From Elsinoe ampelina (lineage: Eukaryota): a DNA stretch of 64,000 nucleotides. The stretch is from NCBI GenBank assembly GCA_010093995.1, contig ML992509.1, positions 728,178 to 792,177 on the forward strand. Reading direction: 5' to 3'. The first letter of the stretch is position 1. Every line of letters starts with the position of its first letter. This document shows, piece by piece, positions 60,901-64,000 of the stretch. The notes beneath the pieces are model-generated. The model searched no databases. It was not told the DNA's origin and worked only from the letters and a program-made list of their open reading frames with translations. The translations under genes and the position numbers were made by a program.

Positions 60901-63301
60901 AGATACTATCTTAGACTCTAAGTTAGAGCAATCTAGATTAAGAGCTAAGCCTATCTTAGTAGCCTAATAAGGGTTACCCTATTACACTAGATTAGTTACT
61001 ACCTCTATTAGACTAATTAGATAAGGCTATTCTAGATCTAAACCTAGCTTAGATCTAGGAATCTTTACTAAATAAATAGTTCTTTAATGCTCTAGCCTTA
61101 CTACTATCTATAGTAGTATAGCTATCTCCTCTACTACTAGGAGGAGATAAAGCTAAAGGAGATAAGATAGAAGTTTAGACTAAAGGGATAGTTAAAGCTT
61201 AGCCTAAGTAACTCCCTTAAAGAATTACTATAAGGTTAGCTAACCTTTTTCCTAAATATATCTTTATAATAAAGAGAATAAGAAAACTAAGAAGGTAAGT
61301 ATATATTACTACTCTTATATAAACTAATAAGGCTCCTAGATATTACTAAGCCTTTAATGCTTATCTATTAATAACACTAACTTAGCCTAAGCTAGAATTA
61401 AGAGATAATCTTCTACTACTACTAGCTAATATTAGAGAACTTAAGGCTTATTCTTATAAGAAGCAATTTTAAGAGGCTATAAAGGTTAAATTACTTACTT
61501 TACACTTAAAACATATATAGACTATTATACTAGTAGCTTAAGCTACTAATAAGCCTGTCTCTTTAATATAGATATTTACCTATAAAGTTAATAATAAAGA
61601 AGAGATTATAAAGTATAAAGTAAAAGTCTATATAAGAGATAATCTCTAATTAATAGAATCTAAGACTTATATAGCAACTCTAGTAGCTAAGATCTTTAGA
61701 ATGCTTATAGCATTACTTACTTATAAAGACATAGAGGCTATCTAGATAGATGTTATTAATGCCTATATTAATAGTCCTATTAATAAGACTATCTACTATA
61801 CTATCCTTACTAGATTTAAGCTAGTTATAGAGGATCTTATAAAGGACTATCCTAGCATTACTCTATTAGATGTACTTCTACTGCTTAATAAGGCACTATA
61901 TAGCCTAAAGTAAGCCCTAGCTCTCTAGTATACTAAATTCACTACTACTCTAAAGGGCATTAGATTTACTTAAGCCTCTAAGGCTCTATGCCTCTAAATA
62001 ACACCTAAAGTAATAATCTTCTTCTTTGTAAATAACATTACTATTATATATCTTAAGAAGCACAAGGAGAAAGCTAATACTATTATTATAGCCCTCTATA
62101 CTAAATATAAGATAAAGGTACTTAGAGATCTAAGCTAGTTTCTAGCTATCTAAGTTATAAGGGATAGACTAATAAAGAGACTCTAGCTTAGCTAAGCCTA
62201 GTATATACAACAGATATATAGTAAGTTTATTATAGAACTAATAAGGCTAGTATTAATACTACTACTAATTAAGATACTTTAACCTTATAAAGGCTAAGTA
62301 TTACTATAAGAGATCTACCTATATTAGTAAAAGATAAAATCTATTAACTTTATAGCAGTTATTATAAGGCCTAATATAGCCTTTGCTACTTCTAGATTAT
62401 TAGAGTATCTAATAAATCTATTACTAACTTACTAGAGAATAGTAAATAGAGTAATCTAATATCTCTATAAAACTAAGAATTTAGCTCTTACCTTTAATAG
62501 CTTAATACTACTAATCTTTTAAGCTTTATTAGATACTAGCTTTAGTAGCCACCTAACAAGGAAGAGCCTTTAAGGCTATCTCTTTAAGATGTTTTAAGGA
62601 TTAATTAACTAGAAGGCTATAAAGCAACTAATAGTTACAACATTAACTATAGAGGCTAAGCTACTTACTCTTATAAAGACTACTAAGTAAGCTATGTAGT
62701 AGAGGAGGCTAATAGCCTCTATCTATCCCCTTAAGTATATTAGTATTTAGTGTAATAATTAGTAAACAATTAGCCTTATTACTAGTCTAATTAAGAAGCT
62801 TAATATACGCCTTTATTATATTAATATCTATTATTACTAGCTAAGACAAGAGATTAATCTAGCTAGAGATCTATCTAGCCCTATCTTAGTAACATAGACA
62901 CTATTAGTAGACACCTTAGCTAATAGATTAACTAAGTTATTGCTACCTAGAAGGTATAAGGCCTTCTTATAATAGCTATCTCTCGAGTTAGTAGTTCACT
63001 AACTAGCTATAACAGCCTTATAGCTATTTAGTGAAGGGGTGTGTCAACCGAGGTATAAGCTAGAGCGCTAAGAAGGACCCTAATTTAGTTTATCCCTTAG
63101 TAGAACTAAACACTTATCTACTACTCTACCAATTCATAATTAAATTAGATAGTTATTGTCTTAATCTATTATTACTCAGGAGTTCTATTAATTTATCTAT
63201 CTCTTAGTTTATCAGGTTAAGTATTTATATAGTTACAATCCACCTCAGTTTGGTGGATCAGGCAGTAATCAATCCTTTTTCCTCCCCTACACAAGTCAAC
63301 A
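57921..63301 (+). mobile_element. Full-length Ty1/Copia LTR retrotransposon, RIP-inactivated
   Basis: 260-bp TG..CA LTRs at 57921-58180 and 63042-63301, with TSD GAATC (57916-57920, 63302-63306). PBS-like GTTATAAGCCC and PPT GAAGGGG. De-RIPed order is PR WILDSG (~59385), IN RSDNE (~60230), RT FVDD (~62025), RNaseH ADGLTK (~62920). Confidence 0.94.
60832..60891 (+). repeat. Five tandem 12-bp units (ATCTAGTYTAGW) in the Copia IN-RT linker
   Basis: Read directly from the sequence; followed by an inverted copy CCGAACTAGAT at 60894-60904. Confidence 0.9.
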
Positions 63302-64000
63302 GAATCACTTCCGCCATTTGCGGATCTGCAGACGGCAATTCCCGTGATCCACTCGCGTCACAGGTTTGGAGCTGGGGAAACCGGCTGTATTCTTCTTCTC
63401 TTGCATCGACACATTGCACCTCAAACACTTATTCATCCATGCCGAGCGGGGACACAGAGTCGCCTCATCTTTGGCGAAATTGACTCCTCAATTTGGAGCG
63501 GTTCAACTGCTCAAATTCTCACGGACACTTGACCCTTGCAGGACCCCGAGATCGCGTTCCTGAAAGCTCGGTTTTTGAAGGTCTTCCTACCGAGCAGCCG
63601 ACCCCTGGCGAGCCACAACGATAGCTCCAACAAGGCCGCAGAGTGAGGGCAGAGCTCGGAGACAGAATACGAGAGGACAGTTCAGAGCGCCGACATCATA
63701 GGAGCGAACTTTGGCCGAAATGAACCCCTCACACAGGGAATGGCCTCGTCCGCCCGCGAGCGCCAACAACATTCACCGAGAAGGTGAACAATCGCACTCT
63801 CAACCTCACAGGCCTGGTGCTGGATATGGGTAAGTTCGCCTTCACCAAGCTTGCCTGCTTCTACCGGCGCGACACTGGCAAGAAAGAATTTCAGACTGAC
63901 GCCATCACTAGACCGAGCCCCTCACAAGCTTCACCTCATGCGCCAGCAAGCAGTCTACCGCCATCGTCGGGTAAGTGGGACGCATAAACACAATTCTACA

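Noticed and set aside
63826..63976. Possible first exon (MGKFAFTKL...) ending at GTAAGT
   Set aside because: Truncated by the window edge, with no recognisable domain.

Overview
Eukaryotic, intron-containing, gene-dense filamentous-ascomycete DNA (Dothideomycete-like is an inference from gene style and RIP). About 20 spliced protein genes were reconstructed: cutinase, methylmalonate-semialdehyde dehydrogenase, calnexin, TAF2, SAS4, a GPI-anchored Cys-rich protein, a PX protein, an APH-fold protein, an uncharacterised protein, complex I 49 kDa subunit, RPC40, DUF423, ATP3, TOP1, an epimerase, a small secreted protein, a BAH-PHD reader, a Skg3/Caf120-like PH protein, RRN3, a small Gly-rich protein and a GCK/STE20 kinase. 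Two AT-rich islands are heavily RIP-mutated. The first is a pogo-type Tc1/mariner element (37615-46069; 25-bp TIRs, TA TSD) carrying a nested full-length chromodomain Ty3/Gypsy element and a solo LTR of the same family. The second is a full-length Ty1/Copia element (57921-63301; GAATC TSD). Two signals are not explained by this annotation. (1) Repeated ~1-kb islands flip abruptly from C-rich to G-rich on the + strand regardless of gene orientation, as expected of replication origins or DSB hotspots. (2) A 31-bp palindrome and an arrayed ~11-bp motif are shared between the unrelated Gypsy and Copia elements. All calls were made by eye, with no database searches.
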